From a virus: a DNA stretch of 64,000 bases. A program made the translations under genes and the position numbers. The stretch is taken from positions 119,358 to 183,357 of IMG/VR virus record IMGVR_UViG_3300032268_000973, one strand, 5' to 3'. How positions within the stretch are numbered: the stretch's first letter is position 1; each line of letters begins with the position of its first letter. Shown here piece after piece: positions 11,059 through 20,862 of this stretch. The notes beneath the pieces were generated by a model. That model was not told the origin of the DNA. It worked only from the letters and a program-made list of their open reading frames with translations, and made no database searches.

Positions 11059-11661
11059 ATGGGAAAAAATATCAGAAAGGATTCACCTAAAGTTCTTGGG
11101 CTTGATGTGTCGACTAAAACAATAGGATGGTCATTATTCGACATTGAAACTGGTAACTTATTGGAATTGACACACATTTCACCAGTTCCTAAACCTAAAG
11201 TCGAAAACAAAATCGAAGAACTTTTACTTAAGGGACACATCTTTAAGAAAAAGCTTGAGTCTTATGTTGATATGGGGATTCAATACGTGGTCATTGAAGA
11301 GCCATTATTGAACTCGAACAACGTTTACACTGTCGGGACCTTGTTAAGGTTCAATACGTTAATTTGTAAAGAAGTCTATGACGTTCTCGGAGTAGTTCCT
11401 GATTTCATTTCAACGTATAATTCAAGAAAATTTGCTTTTCCACACTTGGTCCAAGAAAATGACAAAGGTAAATTTGTATTGTTTGGAGGATTACCAAAGG
11501 ATATTGATAAAAAACAAATTATTTTAGAGTTAGTCGCCAAGAGAGAACCTCAAATCACGTGGCAATATACTAAGAACAACACATTAAAAAAAGAAAACTT
11601 CGATCAAACTGACGCTTATTGTGCGGCTTTGGGTTACATGAAGATGAAAGAAATTTGGTAA
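11059..11661 (+). CDS. RuvC-like Holliday junction resolvase
   Basis: RNase H-fold motifs VLGLDVSTKTIGW, VVIEEP and DQTDAYCAA. Confidence 0.8.
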   Translation: MGKNIRKDSPKVLGLDVSTKTIGWSLFDIETGNLLELTHISPVPKPKVENKIEELLLKGHIFKKKLESYVDMGIQYVVIEEPLLNSNNVYTVGTLLRFNTLICKEVYDVLGVVPDFISTYNSRKFAFPHLVQENDKGKFVLFGGLPKDIDKKQIILELVAKREPQITWQYTKNNTLKKENFDQTDAYCAALGYMKMKEIW

Positions 11662-11688
11662 ACAAATTTTTTTTCGTATCTTAGCCTC

Positions 11689-12051
11689 ATGGCACTACAG
11701 ACATCACAATCCAAGTTAAGAAGGACCTTACTTAAGAAACATTGTAAGGTAAAAATCGACGAAAGATACATTCGTGGAGAAGTTTCCATTATTGGATACC
11801 GTAAATACTCTTGCAGAGAAGAAATCGACATCGAATTTCGAGGTGAAATTAGTGCCAGAGTTGGGTATATATCACCTGATAAATGGTATAGTTTGGAGGA
11901 AATGGAAAAAGTCAAAAACCAAATTTCCAAGGTAAAACTTACTAGATTTCTCAAAAGAAGGTTGTTTTATCCCGTGAGCAATAAGTTGGCGTATTTCAGT
12001 ATCAATCTACATGTTTCCACAGATATCAAGAAAGTCAAATGGGTTGGTTGA
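11689..12051 (+). CDS. Hypothetical basic protein
   Basis: 120-aa ORF in operon position; TATCTTAG (near -7 box) just upstream. Confidence 0.55.
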   Translation: MALQTSQSKLRRTLLKKHCKVKIDERYIRGEVSIIGYRKYSCREEIDIEFRGEISARVGYISPDKWYSLEEMEKVKNQISKVKLTRFLKRRLFYPVSNKLAYFSINLHVSTDIKKVKWVG

Positions 12052-12194
12052 TAATCTATTCAATTTGTTTATTTACGACAATTTTATTTTTTGTGACTTT
12101 TCACCTGTTTGAAGAATATTTGAAAGAAGATCATCCAATTATGATTTGGTGGAGAAAACATATCGTTGGTCGTCAGGATGATATTCTCAAATAA
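12039..12194 (+). CDS. Small membrane protein (51 aa; not in supplied track)
   Basis: Own translation MGWLIIYSICLFTTILFFVTFHLFEEYLKEDHPIMIWWRKHIVGRQDDILK; it fills the gap exactly between neighbouring genes. Confidence 0.6.
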   Translation: MGWLIIYSICLFTTILFFVTFHLFEEYLKEDHPIMIWWRKHIVGRQDDILK

Positions 12195-12208
12195 TTTATT
12201 ATATTTGT

Positions 12209-13126
12209 TTGATGAGCGATGAAGTTGAAGTTTTAGTAGAATTACTCACAGAGTTTCTTGGTGACTTTCACCAACACTACGAATCAAAAGGTCAAATATC
12301 ATTTGACTGTCCTGTCTGTGCTCAAGAAAAAGGATTGGACGGTGGTGATGGTAAAGGTAACTTGGAAATCAACTACGGTAAACACGTTTATAAGTGTTGG
12401 TCTTGTGGTGAGACTCACGGAACTCACGGACCATTGGGTAAACTATTTGACCAGTATGCGACCAAAGGACAAAAGAAAGTTTACAACTTAATCAAACCTG
12501 AGGAACTCAAGCAAGAGGATATCAAACGACCCAAACTCAGATTGCCCGAAGGTTACACAACCTTCCAAGATTCCAACCCAAGATTCATTCCACACATGGA
12601 GGCATACAGATACCTCCAATCAAGAGGTATTACTGATGAAATGATTGAGAGGTTCAAGATAGGATATACCGTAAGTGGTGACTTTGCTTATAGAATTATT
12701 GTACCATCCTTCAACAAGGAAGGAGTGTTAAATTATTTTACTGCCAGATCTTGGGTCCCCAAGAAAATGAAGTATAAGAACCCTTCAGTTCCCAAAGATG
12801 AGATAATCTTCAATGAGAGTTTAATTGATTGGGATAAGGACGTATATTTGTGTGAAGGACCATTTGACTCCTTATTCTTATCCAACTCTATTGTGATGTT
12901 AGGAAAAAAAATGAGTAAATTGCTTTTCGAAACTTTGTATTCGAAGGCGAATGCTAACATAATTATTTGTTGTGACGGAGATGCTTTCGAAGATGGATTA
13001 AGAGTTTACCAAGAATTGAATGGGGGTAGATTATACAATAAAATTAAAATAGTGAAATTACCCATTGATAAGGATGTCTGCGACCTCAGAGGTCAGATTG
13101 ATGAGTATTATTATGAAATGAGATAA
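12209..13126 (+). CDS. dnaG: DNA primase (zinc finger + TOPRIM)
   Basis: CPVC...YKCWSC zinc-binding domain; YLQSRGI; LCEGPFD; ICCDGD TOPRIM motifs. Confidence 0.85.
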   Translation: MMSDEVEVLVELLTEFLGDFHQHYESKGQISFDCPVCAQEKGLDGGDGKGNLEINYGKHVYKCWSCGETHGTHGPLGKLFDQYATKGQKKVYNLIKPEELKQEDIKRPKLRLPEGYTTFQDSNPRFIPHMEAYRYLQSRGITDEMIERFKIGYTVSGDFAYRIIVPSFNKEGVLNYFTARSWVPKKMKYKNPSVPKDEIIFNESLIDWDKDVYLCEGPFDSLFLSNSIVMLGKKMSKLLFETLYSKANANIIICCDGDAFEDGLRVYQELNGGRLYNKIKIVKLPIDKDVCDLRGQIDEYYYEMR

Positions 13127-13968
13127 TGACAGATTTAAAGGAGATATCTAAAGAGATTCGAAGTATAATTTTTGATAGACAAAATCAATTAGGGTTAACT
13201 TTCGAAGAAGAACAACACTTGTATACAATGAATGGAAAGTCAGATTGGCCCTCCGTTTCAAAAGTATTAAAAAAATTCTATCGAGAGTTCCCAACTCAAG
13301 AAGCCGCATACAATAAAGCTGGTGGTGACCCATATAAGCAACAAGCCTTGATTGAAGAATGGGAAGCCGCTGGCAGGTATTCAACCAACTTGGGAAGTAG
13401 AGTTCACTACGAGCTCGAAAAGTTTCTTATTGAACAAAATGGTTCGTATAAAGAAATCAGAAAGCCAATTTTCGAATGTGACCTTACTCAACTAATGAAG
13501 AGTGACAATATGATTATGGGAGGCAAAAGGTATTTGGAACTTATGGAAAGCCGAAACTTAGTTCTTTTGGATACTGAAATGGTTTTGGGTGACCCGACCT
13601 TAGGATATGTTGGACAACCAGATAAAGTTTGGTTGACGTATAATAAAAAGGGGGATGACTTCGGGTTGTTGATTACAGATTGGAAAACAAATAAGAAAAA
13701 GAATTTCCAAGAGACAAGTTATACCGATAGAATGTATGAACCATTTAAAAAATATCCTAACACTGCACTTGGCCACTATTACCTTCAACTACCATTGTAT
13801 GGTAAGTTATTATTAAAAATGTTGGAAGGAACAAAGTATGAAAATATCAAACTTTATGGGTGTATCATATCTCATTTACAGGAAGATACTTTTTTTTCTG
13901 AATACAGAGTTCCACAAGATGTGATCGATCTCATCTTAGAAATGGATATCCGAGAATATCTGAAATGA
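13126..13968 (+). CDS. PD-(D/E)XK exonuclease (Cas4/RecB-like)
   Basis: GSRVHYELE, DTEM, GQPD..W, ITDWKT and YYLQLPLY motifs. Confidence 0.75.
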   Translation: MTDLKEISKEIRSIIFDRQNQLGLTFEEEQHLYTMNGKSDWPSVSKVLKKFYREFPTQEAAYNKAGGDPYKQQALIEEWEAAGRYSTNLGSRVHYELEKFLIEQNGSYKEIRKPIFECDLTQLMKSDNMIMGGKRYLELMESRNLVLLDTEMVLGDPTLGYVGQPDKVWLTYNKKGDDFGLLITDWKTNKKKNFQETSYTDRMYEPFKKYPNTALGHYYLQLPLYGKLLLKMLEGTKYENIKLYGCIISHLQEDTFFSEYRVPQDVIDLILEMDIREYLK

Positions 13969-14025
13969 GATTTTGAATTCACCCAAAAAATTCTTACCTT
14001 TGATTCATATCTAAAATGAAAAAAT

Positions 14026-14901
14026 ATGTCAAAGGTAGACGATTTACGGCAGAAGTATCAAATAGTTGCTAAATCTACGTTCAATAAGTTTGTCGAAGGA
14101 GATAAAACACCAACCAAGAAGTATTTGGAGTATATGCTAAAGGCATGGACTGAGCGTCAAGATTATACTCATAAAAGAACAATTGGAGGTATTATCGAAA
14201 ACGTTCTTCTATTCGATGCGTTAATCCCATATATTGAAAACAAAGACATTTATTCAAAGGAATATTCGGACTATCGAAATTTAGAACATACCGTAATCAA
14301 AGCCCAAGAAACTAAAGAAGAAAAATCTTTTGTTAGGAAAGATCATATTAAAGTTCTAATCGAAAACGAACGATTCCTCTTACTAATTCCAATAACACAT
14401 CAAGGTTCTGTGAAGTATGGGGCTAACACCAAATGGTGCACGACAACAAGAGGGAACGACAACCTATTCAACAAATATTCCAAGGAGGGAATATTAGCGT
14501 ATTTGGTCGATAAAGAAGGGAATAAACATGAAGACTTCAAGAAAATCGCATTCAGTATGAATTTTGCTAATTCGGGATTGAATGAAAATTTCACCATCTA
14601 TGATGTGAAAGATAGATATACTGGTGAAACTATGATGGTTGAAAAGGGTTGGAACTTTGAAGACTTATTTCATGTTTTTTCCGCACTCAGATACGTATTT
14701 TACAAGACGAAAGAATATAAAAAGAATAAAGATTTTGTTGATTCTTTTGTGAAAACAGTAAGTTCATTGGACATTGATAAGTTCGAAAAATGTTTTAATA
14801 AACTTGATGAAACATCAAGTGATGAGTATATTAAAGAAACTAAAACTAAAATTGAAACATTCGTTTCAGCAATAAAAAAATCTAAATATGGAAATAAATA
14901 A
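14026..14901 (+). CDS. Hypothetical protein of the YG..T.WCT family (paralog of 32768 and 39194)
   Basis: GSVKYGANTKWCTT...FNKYSKEGILAYLVDK motif is shared with two other ORFs. Confidence 0.65.
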   Translation: MSKVDDLRQKYQIVAKSTFNKFVEGDKTPTKKYLEYMLKAWTERQDYTHKRTIGGIIENVLLFDALIPYIENKDIYSKEYSDYRNLEHTVIKAQETKEEKSFVRKDHIKVLIENERFLLLIPITHQGSVKYGANTKWCTTTRGNDNLFNKYSKEGILAYLVDKEGNKHEDFKKIAFSMNFANSGLNENFTIYDVKDRYTGETMMVEKGWNFEDLFHVFSALRYVFYKTKEYKKNKDFVDSFVKTVSSLDIDKFEKCFNKLDETSSDEYIKETKTKIETFVSAIKKSKYGNK

Positions 14902-15124
14902 ACCAAAACTCAACTTACGGGAGGTCCCAACGGTTAAATGTGATAATTGTGGTGGAATATACTTCAGAGAGGTAACTTATCTTAAACTTGTTCCAAAACT
15001 TTTGGTAGGCGCCGCTGAAGATACAACCGTTCCATTCCCAATTTACAAATGTGATTCTTGTGGACACGTCAACAAGGGTTTCAATCCTTTTGAGGATAAA
15101 GATAAAGTTTCATTGGAAGCGTAA
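14888..15124 (+). CDS. Small zinc-ribbon protein
   Basis: CDNC ... CDSCGH pairs. Confidence 0.7.
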   Translation: MEINKPKLNLREVPTVKCDNCGGIYFREVTYLKLVPKLLVGAAEDTTVPFPIYKCDSCGHVNKGFNPFEDKDKVSLEA

Positions 15125-15129
15125 AGTTA

Positions 15130-15909
15130 ATGATTAAGAGACTAATACATTTTTCTGACTTACACATCAGGCTTTTCAAGGACCACGATTTATATCGATC
15201 GGTCCTTGAATTTGCTTTAAAGGAGTGGCAAACACTTCAACCCGATCGAATTGTTTTCACTGGTGACTTGGTGCATTCCAAAAATCAAATGACACCAGAG
15301 TTAATTGAATTTGTGGCTTGGATTCTCTCTGAGTGTTCTAAAATTGCAAAGACAATAGTTATTATAGGGAACCACGACTTTCTTGAAAACAACAATACGA
15401 GATTGGATGCTCTTACTCCAATCATTGATTCATTGAATAATGAAAACATTGTTTATCTCAAGAATCGAGGAGTCTATGAGGATGAGAACATTAATTGGTG
15501 TGTATATTCTTTGATGGAACATAACATTCAACCTGATATTCAGAAGTCGAAGAATAAGAATATTGGTTTATTTCATGGACCTGTCACTGGTCTTTACACC
15601 GATATTGGATATAAGTTCGAGGATGGGTTTGATGTGTCCAAGTTCAAGGGATGCGACTTAGTTTTGTGTGGTGACATTCACAAGAGACAAGTGTTTGATA
15701 TTCCTGGAGGAAATAAAGCATATATGGTTGGATCAACAATTCAACAAAACTTTGGCGAGAAAGTAACCAAACACGGATATGGAGTTTATGATATTGAGAA
15801 AGATCAATATGACTTTGTCGATCTTCCAAATCCAAAACCTTTCTTATCATTTTACATAAACTCAATCGACAACTTAGTTGACGGAACCGAGAAACTTGTG
15901 AATTACTAA
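15130..15909 (+). CDS. sbcD: SbcD/Mre11/gp47-like metallophosphoesterase nuclease subunit (short)
   Basis: HFSDLH, FTGDLVH, IIGNHD, LFHG and CGDIHK motifs; an SbcC-like gene lies 1.2 kb downstream. Confidence 0.8.
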   Translation: MIKRLIHFSDLHIRLFKDHDLYRSVLEFALKEWQTLQPDRIVFTGDLVHSKNQMTPELIEFVAWILSECSKIAKTIVIIGNHDFLENNNTRLDALTPIIDSLNNENIVYLKNRGVYEDENINWCVYSLMEHNIQPDIQKSKNKNIGLFHGPVTGLYTDIGYKFEDGFDVSKFKGCDLVLCGDIHKRQVFDIPGGNKAYMVGSTIQQNFGEKVTKHGYGVYDIEKDQYDFVDLPNPKPFLSFYINSIDNLVDGTEKLVNY

Positions 15910-16524
15910 ATGGAATACAAACTCAATCTTTCTTCTACTCAGAACACTGATCTCGTATCTTATTGTAATCTTAATGACTTAAGGATTAGTGAGGTGATTA
16001 AGAAATCATACCTCGAAGGATTTAATATTGAGAGGTATGGTTTGTTAAATACGGGGGGAACTCGCGAAAAACAGGTGGAAAAGGAGGTTATTGTTGAAAA
16101 ACGGGTGGAGATTCCTGTGGAGGTTATTAAGGAAGTGGTGAGGATTGAATACGTTGAAGTTGAAAAACCAATTGAAGTAATCAAAGAGGTTATTGTTGAT
16201 AGAATTGTAGAAAAGGTTGTTGAGGTTATCAAAGAAGTCCCTGTAATACAACAACTCGAAACAAAGGAACCTGAGGTTAAAGAGATTATTCGAGAGGTTG
16301 AAGTTATTAAAGAGGTAGTTATTGAAAAGGAAGGTGACAGTAGTTTGAAATCAAAGTTGGACGCGCTTCAACTAACAGTTCAAAAACTCAAACAAGATAA
16401 CATCGAGAAAGATAAAAAAATTAAAGAGTACGAACAAACCATTCAAGATATCCAAAAATTTCAAGAAGAAAAGAAGGCGATGTTCCTGAGAGGTTCAAAC
16501 TTAGATGATAAATTATATAAATAA
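15910..16524 (+). CDS. Hypothetical protein with (E/V)VIKEV repeats and C-terminal coiled coil
   Basis: Repeated VIKEV/VEKRVE/IIREV segments. Confidence 0.65.
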   Translation: MEYKLNLSSTQNTDLVSYCNLNDLRISEVIKKSYLEGFNIERYGLLNTGGTREKQVEKEVIVEKRVEIPVEVIKEVVRIEYVEVEKPIEVIKEVIVDRIVEKVVEVIKEVPVIQQLETKEPEVKEIIREVEVIKEVVIEKEGDSSLKSKLDALQLTVQKLKQDNIEKDKKIKEYEQTIQDIQKFQEEKKAMFLRGSNLDDKLYK

Positions 16525-16529
16525 AAATT

Positions 16530-16880
16530 ATGGTACAAATATTAATATGGATGATAATGGCTTATGGTATGAGCAACATCCTCGTTTATGGTAGTATTTT
16601 CAATAGACCAAGAAATGCAATAAACAGATGGGCGGCAGATGTTGACTCAATTCTCCAAGATTTTTGGATATTCTTATCCGATATGTTAAGATGTATGATG
16701 TGTACATCAACTTGGGTTGGATTCTTTATAGGAATTTTTGTATATTCTCCTTGGAATATAATCATTGGGGAATCATTATGGTACTCTTGGTTTTTTGATG
16801 GTATGTTTGCTTCAGGAGCCGTATGGGCAATAAATGCAATCGTAGAATGGTTTGAAGTAAACCGTCCAAAATCAGAATAA
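16530..16880 (+). CDS. Membrane protein, DUF1360-like
   Basis: Three hydrophobic helices; LRCMMCTSTWVG CxxC-W motif. Confidence 0.55.
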   Translation: MVQILIWMIMAYGMSNILVYGSIFNRPRNAINRWAADVDSILQDFWIFLSDMLRCMMCTSTWVGFFIGIFVYSPWNIIIGESLWYSWFFDGMFASGAVWAINAIVEWFEVNRPKSE

Positions 16881-16897
16881 ATTAAACAACAATACAA

Positions 16898-17086
16898 ATG
16901 GGAAAATCAAAAGTAAGAGGTGGTGCTAAGACTCACAGAAAAAGAGTTGCAAACAGAAACCAAAATATTAAGACACAGCAATCTGCAATTCAGAAACTTT
17001 TCAATGAAACAATGAAACTTCAAATGGAAGAGTTTAAGAAAAAACAAGAATCTGAACAAAACGGAACTTCTGAACCACAACAATAA
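16898..17086 (+). CDS. Small basic hypothetical protein
   Basis: 62-aa ORF abutting its neighbours. Confidence 0.6.
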   Translation: MGKSKVRGGAKTHRKRVANRNQNIKTQQSAIQKLFNETMKLQMEEFKKKQESEQNGTSEPQQ

Positions 17087-17088
17087 AA

Positions 17089-19470
17089 ATGAAATGGGAT
17101 TTGTTTAATCCATATCCAACTTACAACTATTCAAATATGCCAACTAATTTAGATGTATCTACATTAGAAAATCCTTACATTCAGGTAATTTGGGAAGACA
17201 CACCCGAAAACTTTACTCAAGAAAGAATTAAGTCTGTGAAGCAGTACTTTATGAAAAAGTATTCTTCAACAAACATTAATGTAATCACCAAAGTGAAGAC
17301 ATCGGATGAAGACTCCATGCAGACTATTGATGTTTCAGTGAACATCATGGATAAGAATTATCAGACAGAGTTAGTAAAAACTTATTTGGAGTCCAAAGGT
17401 CAAGAACAATACATCGACCAACTAATGAACATCGACCTTGCGGTTGAAAACAGAATGTTGGCAAACGAAGTTGAGGTCACTCCATTCAAAAGATGGTATA
17501 TCAAAAAAATTGAGTTCGATAACTTCTTATCTTATGGACAGAATCAAGTAATTGATTTTGATAAATGTAATGGAATTACTGTAGTTGAATCGGATCCACC
17601 AAACTTTGGAGGGAAGACGGTATTAACCGTTGACCTTCTATTATTTTTGTTCTTCAACACAACAACCAAAACTCAAAAGGCTGAAGAAATCTTTAACAGA
17701 TTTACTGATGTAAATAAAGTTAGTGTCAAAGGTGATATTACAATCGATGGTGAAGATTATGTGATTGTTCGTCAAATTGAAAGAAAGAAGTCCAAGGCTG
17801 GTGAATGGAACATTAAAACCGAGCTTGAGTTCTTCAAGAAACTTGCGGATGGTCAACTCCAAAACTTTACAGGTGAACAAAGACGTGAGACAGAAAACTT
17901 CATGAAGAAATCCATTGGAAGTATGGAAGACTTTTTGATGACCATTGTTACAACAGCGTCCAATCTGGAAGACTTATTGGAAGCAAAACCAACTGCTCGT
18001 GGGCAGGTTCTGAGTAGATTTCTTGGATTGGAATTCCTAAAGAAAAAGGAGGAAACTGGTAAAGAAATTTATTCTGAGTTTTCCAAAGGAATGATTTCTA
18101 ATGTGTATAACACAGAGTCTCTTAAACAGGATAATGAGTCCTTTGGAGAGGAGATTGTTAAAATGAAGGATGAGATTATCGAGATGTCCAAAAACATCTC
18201 AGATGTCGACAAAAGACTTCAGAGGGGACAAGATTATAAAGATAATTTGTTAAAATCTAAATTCACTGATTTGGATAATGAACTCATTACCTTGAATCCA
18301 TTGTTATTACAATCTTCAATAAGCAACTTAGAGGATTCGAAACAAAAGACCGAACAGGACATCAAGAATATTAAGATAGTTGAGCCCAAAGAATTTTATC
18401 ATGAGGACAAACATGATAACGTAAAAGAGGTTATCAAATCAAGATTCGCTGAACTTGTTACTTGTGAGAATAAAGTTGAGGAAATTCAAGACCTTATCGA
18501 AAAGTATGGAGACGGAATTCAATGTGACCACTGTGGTATCAAATTGATGGAAGCTAAATTGACCAACGAGAAAATTAAACAACTCGATTCATTCAAAAGA
18601 CTTGTTCAGGATTTCAAAGAAGAAATTGATGGGTACGAAAAGAAAGAACAATCTTTTACACAACTCAAGAAAGACTTCGATGAATATGAGAGAAACAAAC
18701 TCATAAAAGAAAAATATGAGTTATCTTTGGAATCCACTCAACTCAAATTGGAACAAGCCAAAGATAAACTCAAAAGATATGAGGAAGTCCAAGACAAAAT
18801 CAAGAAGAACAATGAGATTGATGCTCAGTTGTTAAAGGCAGGATTACGTATTGATGAATTGATTAACGAGAAAAGAGGGTATGAAAAGGTTCAAAATACG
18901 AACTCAACACGTATCGAAACTATTGAATCAAGAATTGAGAAAAATAATGACCTTATCTCAAAAATTGCCGAAGAGTTTGAACGTGAGAAGATTTATAAAA
19001 TCTACGTTGAAATCTATGGTAAGAATGGAATCACCAAAATGATTATGAAGACCATGATGCCATTGATTAACTCTGAACTTCAGAGATTACTTCAGGACTC
19101 AGCGTACTTCAGTTTGGAAATCCGTATCAATGACAAGAATGAGGTTGAGTTCATTATGATAGATAACTCCACTGGTGTTGAAAAACTAATGGTATCAGGA
19201 TCAGGTTATGAAAGAACGATTGCTGCGATGGCATTGAGAGCGGTGTTATCAAAGGTTTGTTCACTTCCAAAACCAAACATAATTGTGTGGGACGAAGTGT
19301 TCGGAAAAATATCTAATGATAATCTTGAAATGGTTGGAGAATTTTTTACCAAGATGAGAGATTACTTCGAGAAGATATTTGTAATAACTCACAATCCACT
19401 TGTAAATAACTGGTCTAACAATGTGGTCAGAATAAGTAAGGTTGACAATATTTCAAAAGTCTCACAATAG
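17089..19470 (+). CDS. sbcC: SbcC/Rad50/gp46-like SMC-family ATPase with N-terminal extension
   Basis: IEFDNFLSYG, Walker A variant SDPPNFGGKT, coiled coil with CDHC zinc hook, signature SGSGYE, Walker B IIVWDEVFG, and ITHN. Confidence 0.85.
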   Translation: MKWDLFNPYPTYNYSNMPTNLDVSTLENPYIQVIWEDTPENFTQERIKSVKQYFMKKYSSTNINVITKVKTSDEDSMQTIDVSVNIMDKNYQTELVKTYLESKGQEQYIDQLMNIDLAVENRMLANEVEVTPFKRWYIKKIEFDNFLSYGQNQVIDFDKCNGITVVESDPPNFGGKTVLTVDLLLFLFFNTTTKTQKAEEIFNRFTDVNKVSVKGDITIDGEDYVIVRQIERKKSKAGEWNIKTELEFFKKLADGQLQNFTGEQRRETENFMKKSIGSMEDFLMTIVTTASNLEDLLEAKPTARGQVLSRFLGLEFLKKKEETGKEIYSEFSKGMISNVYNTESLKQDNESFGEEIVKMKDEIIEMSKNISDVDKRLQRGQDYKDNLLKSKFTDLDNELITLNPLLLQSSISNLEDSKQKTEQDIKNIKIVEPKEFYHEDKHDNVKEVIKSRFAELVTCENKVEEIQDLIEKYGDGIQCDHCGIKLMEAKLTNEKIKQLDSFKRLVQDFKEEIDGYEKKEQSFTQLKKDFDEYERNKLIKEKYELSLESTQLKLEQAKDKLKRYEEVQDKIKKNNEIDAQLLKAGLRIDELINEKRGYEKVQNTNSTRIETIESRIEKNNDLISKIAEEFEREKIYKIYVEIYGKNGITKMIMKTMMPLINSELQRLLQDSAYFSLEIRINDKNEVEFIMIDNSTGVEKLMVSGSGYERTIAAMALRAVLSKVCSLPKPNIIVWDEVFGKISNDNLEMVGEFFTKMRDYFEKIFVITHNPLVNNWSNNVVRISKVDNISKVSQ

Positions 19471-19485
19471 TGGGACTTTTTTTGT
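19456..19485 (+). terminator. Intrinsic terminator overlapping the sbcC stop codon
   Basis: aaagtctca-caatag-tgggacttt followed by a T-run. Confidence 0.6.
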
Positions 19486-19524
19486 TATGTCATTTAATTT
19501 TAATATCTTTATAAAAAAAAAGAC

Positions 19525-20088
19525 ATGGAAGAAATTAAACTAAGAGATGCAATATTTTCCTTACATACTAGGAAATTTGGAGCTGTAGTAGAAAAGTTAG
19601 TAGAAAGAATTCTTGAAGAATTTGGATTTATTGTAGAAAAATCCAATGACTTATCGTACGACCGAAAAATAAATAATGAAGAAGATGAAATTAAAGGTTC
19701 TAGAGTTCTAGGTAAGTCAGTTTTAAATTTAGAAAATGATAATATCGTTGAATCTTTATTAGAGCATGAAACTAATCGATTTGTTAATACGGTAGATAAC
19801 TCTAATGTGGAATGGGATTGTAATGTCCAACAGATAAAAACAAAATTATTCAATACTCTTTGGTATGTTTTATTTTTTGGGGATTGCGTTGCAATTTTTA
19901 AAATAGGTGCAGATGAAATTATTACTGATAAAAATATTTCATATTCTAATAAACAACACAGAGGAAATGAGGGAGAGGGGCAGTTTCACGTTACAAATAA
20001 AAATATTAAATATCATTTAGATAATTATTTGGTGAAAAAAATTACCTATACTGAGGTATATAATAAACTAAATAAAATAAAGAAATGA
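19525..20088 (+). CDS. Putative type II restriction endonuclease (PD-(D/E)XK)
   Basis: SYDRKINNEEDEIKGS gives a D..E-x-K catalytic pattern; the stop overlaps the MTase start (ATGA); the segment is more AT-rich than its flanks. Confidence 0.5.
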   Translation: MEEIKLRDAIFSLHTRKFGAVVEKLVERILEEFGFIVEKSNDLSYDRKINNEEDEIKGSRVLGKSVLNLENDNIVESLLEHETNRFVNTVDNSNVEWDCNVQQIKTKLFNTLWYVLFFGDCVAIFKIGADEIITDKNISYSNKQHRGNEGEGQFHVTNKNIKYHLDNYLVKKITYTEVYNKLNKIKK

Positions 20089-20792
20089 GAGAAAAAGTAA
20101 TATTAGGTGATTGTTTTGAAAATTTATCTAAAATTGAAGATAATTCTATTGATTTAATCGCTATAGACCCACCATATGAAATTTCATACGAAAATTTAGA
20201 ATGGGATAAGAAAAGTTTAAATTGGAATATATTAAGAGATGAATTTTATCGAATACTTAAACCAACAGGTAATTTAGTGATATTCCAAGGATGGTCGAAT
20301 GTTTCTGAAACCAAAAAAACTTTAGAAGAAACTTTCAAATTGAAGAATTGGATTATTTGGGATAGAATTAAGGGTAGGGGGGCAAATACAAACATGGTTT
20401 CAACTAGAGAAGATATCCTATGGTTTGTTAAAAGTGATAAATATACTTATAACAAAATTTATAGTACAATTAAAAAGAAAACAGGAGGATTAGGAGCTAA
20501 AAACGGTCAAGAATGTAGGGCCTTATCGAATGTGTGGACAGACATTAGCCCAATAGTCCCATGGGCTAAAGAACGAGTTAGTCACCCAACTCAAAAGCCA
20601 ATTCAATTGATGGAAAGAATTATTACAATTTTTTCAAATGAAAATGATTTAGTTTTAGATTGTTTTGCGGGTTCGGGATCTACTGGAGCCGCGGCAAAAA
20701 ACTTAAATAGAGATTTTATTATGATAGAAAAAGATGATGAATATCATAAAATAATACTCAAAAGATTGAATCCTGAAACTGAGAAAGAATAA
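20085..20792 (+). CDS. Amino-DNA methyltransferase, beta class (N6A/N4C)
   Basis: DPPY near the N-terminus; HPTQKP; DCFAGSGST near the C-terminus. Confidence 0.9.
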   Translation: MREKVILGDCFENLSKIEDNSIDLIAIDPPYEISYENLEWDKKSLNWNILRDEFYRILKPTGNLVIFQGWSNVSETKKTLEETFKLKNWIIWDRIKGRGANTNMVSTREDILWFVKSDKYTYNKIYSTIKKKTGGLGAKNGQECRALSNVWTDISPIVPWAKERVSHPTQKPIQLMERIITIFSNENDLVLDCFAGSGSTGAAAKNLNRDFIMIEKDDEYHKIILKRLNPETEKE

Positions 20793-20827
20793 GATAAAAC
20801 CTCCCAACCCCATAAAAAAACTTTCTT

Positions 20828-20858
20828 TTTGTTTATACTAAATTTATTCATACTTTTG
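20828..20858 (+). promoter_or_regulatory. Bacteroidota-type housekeeping promoter (TTTG-N19-TAnnTTTG)
   Basis: TTTG at 20828 and TACTTTTG at 20851-20858. Similar -7 boxes occur at 12200, 13995, 21353, 31871, 47117, 47360, 48318 and 50570. Confidence 0.7.
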
Positions 20859-20862
20859 TGGT

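Noticed and set aside
11059-11661. RuvC domain as TnpB/Cas12 or transposase
   Set aside because: A 200-aa stand-alone resolvase-type protein with no zinc finger, helical lobe, terminal repeats or adjacent RNA.
13126-13968. Cas4 as part of a CRISPR-Cas system
   Set aside because: A PD-(D/E)XK exonuclease coupled to primase, with no Fe-S cysteine cluster and no array or other cas genes.
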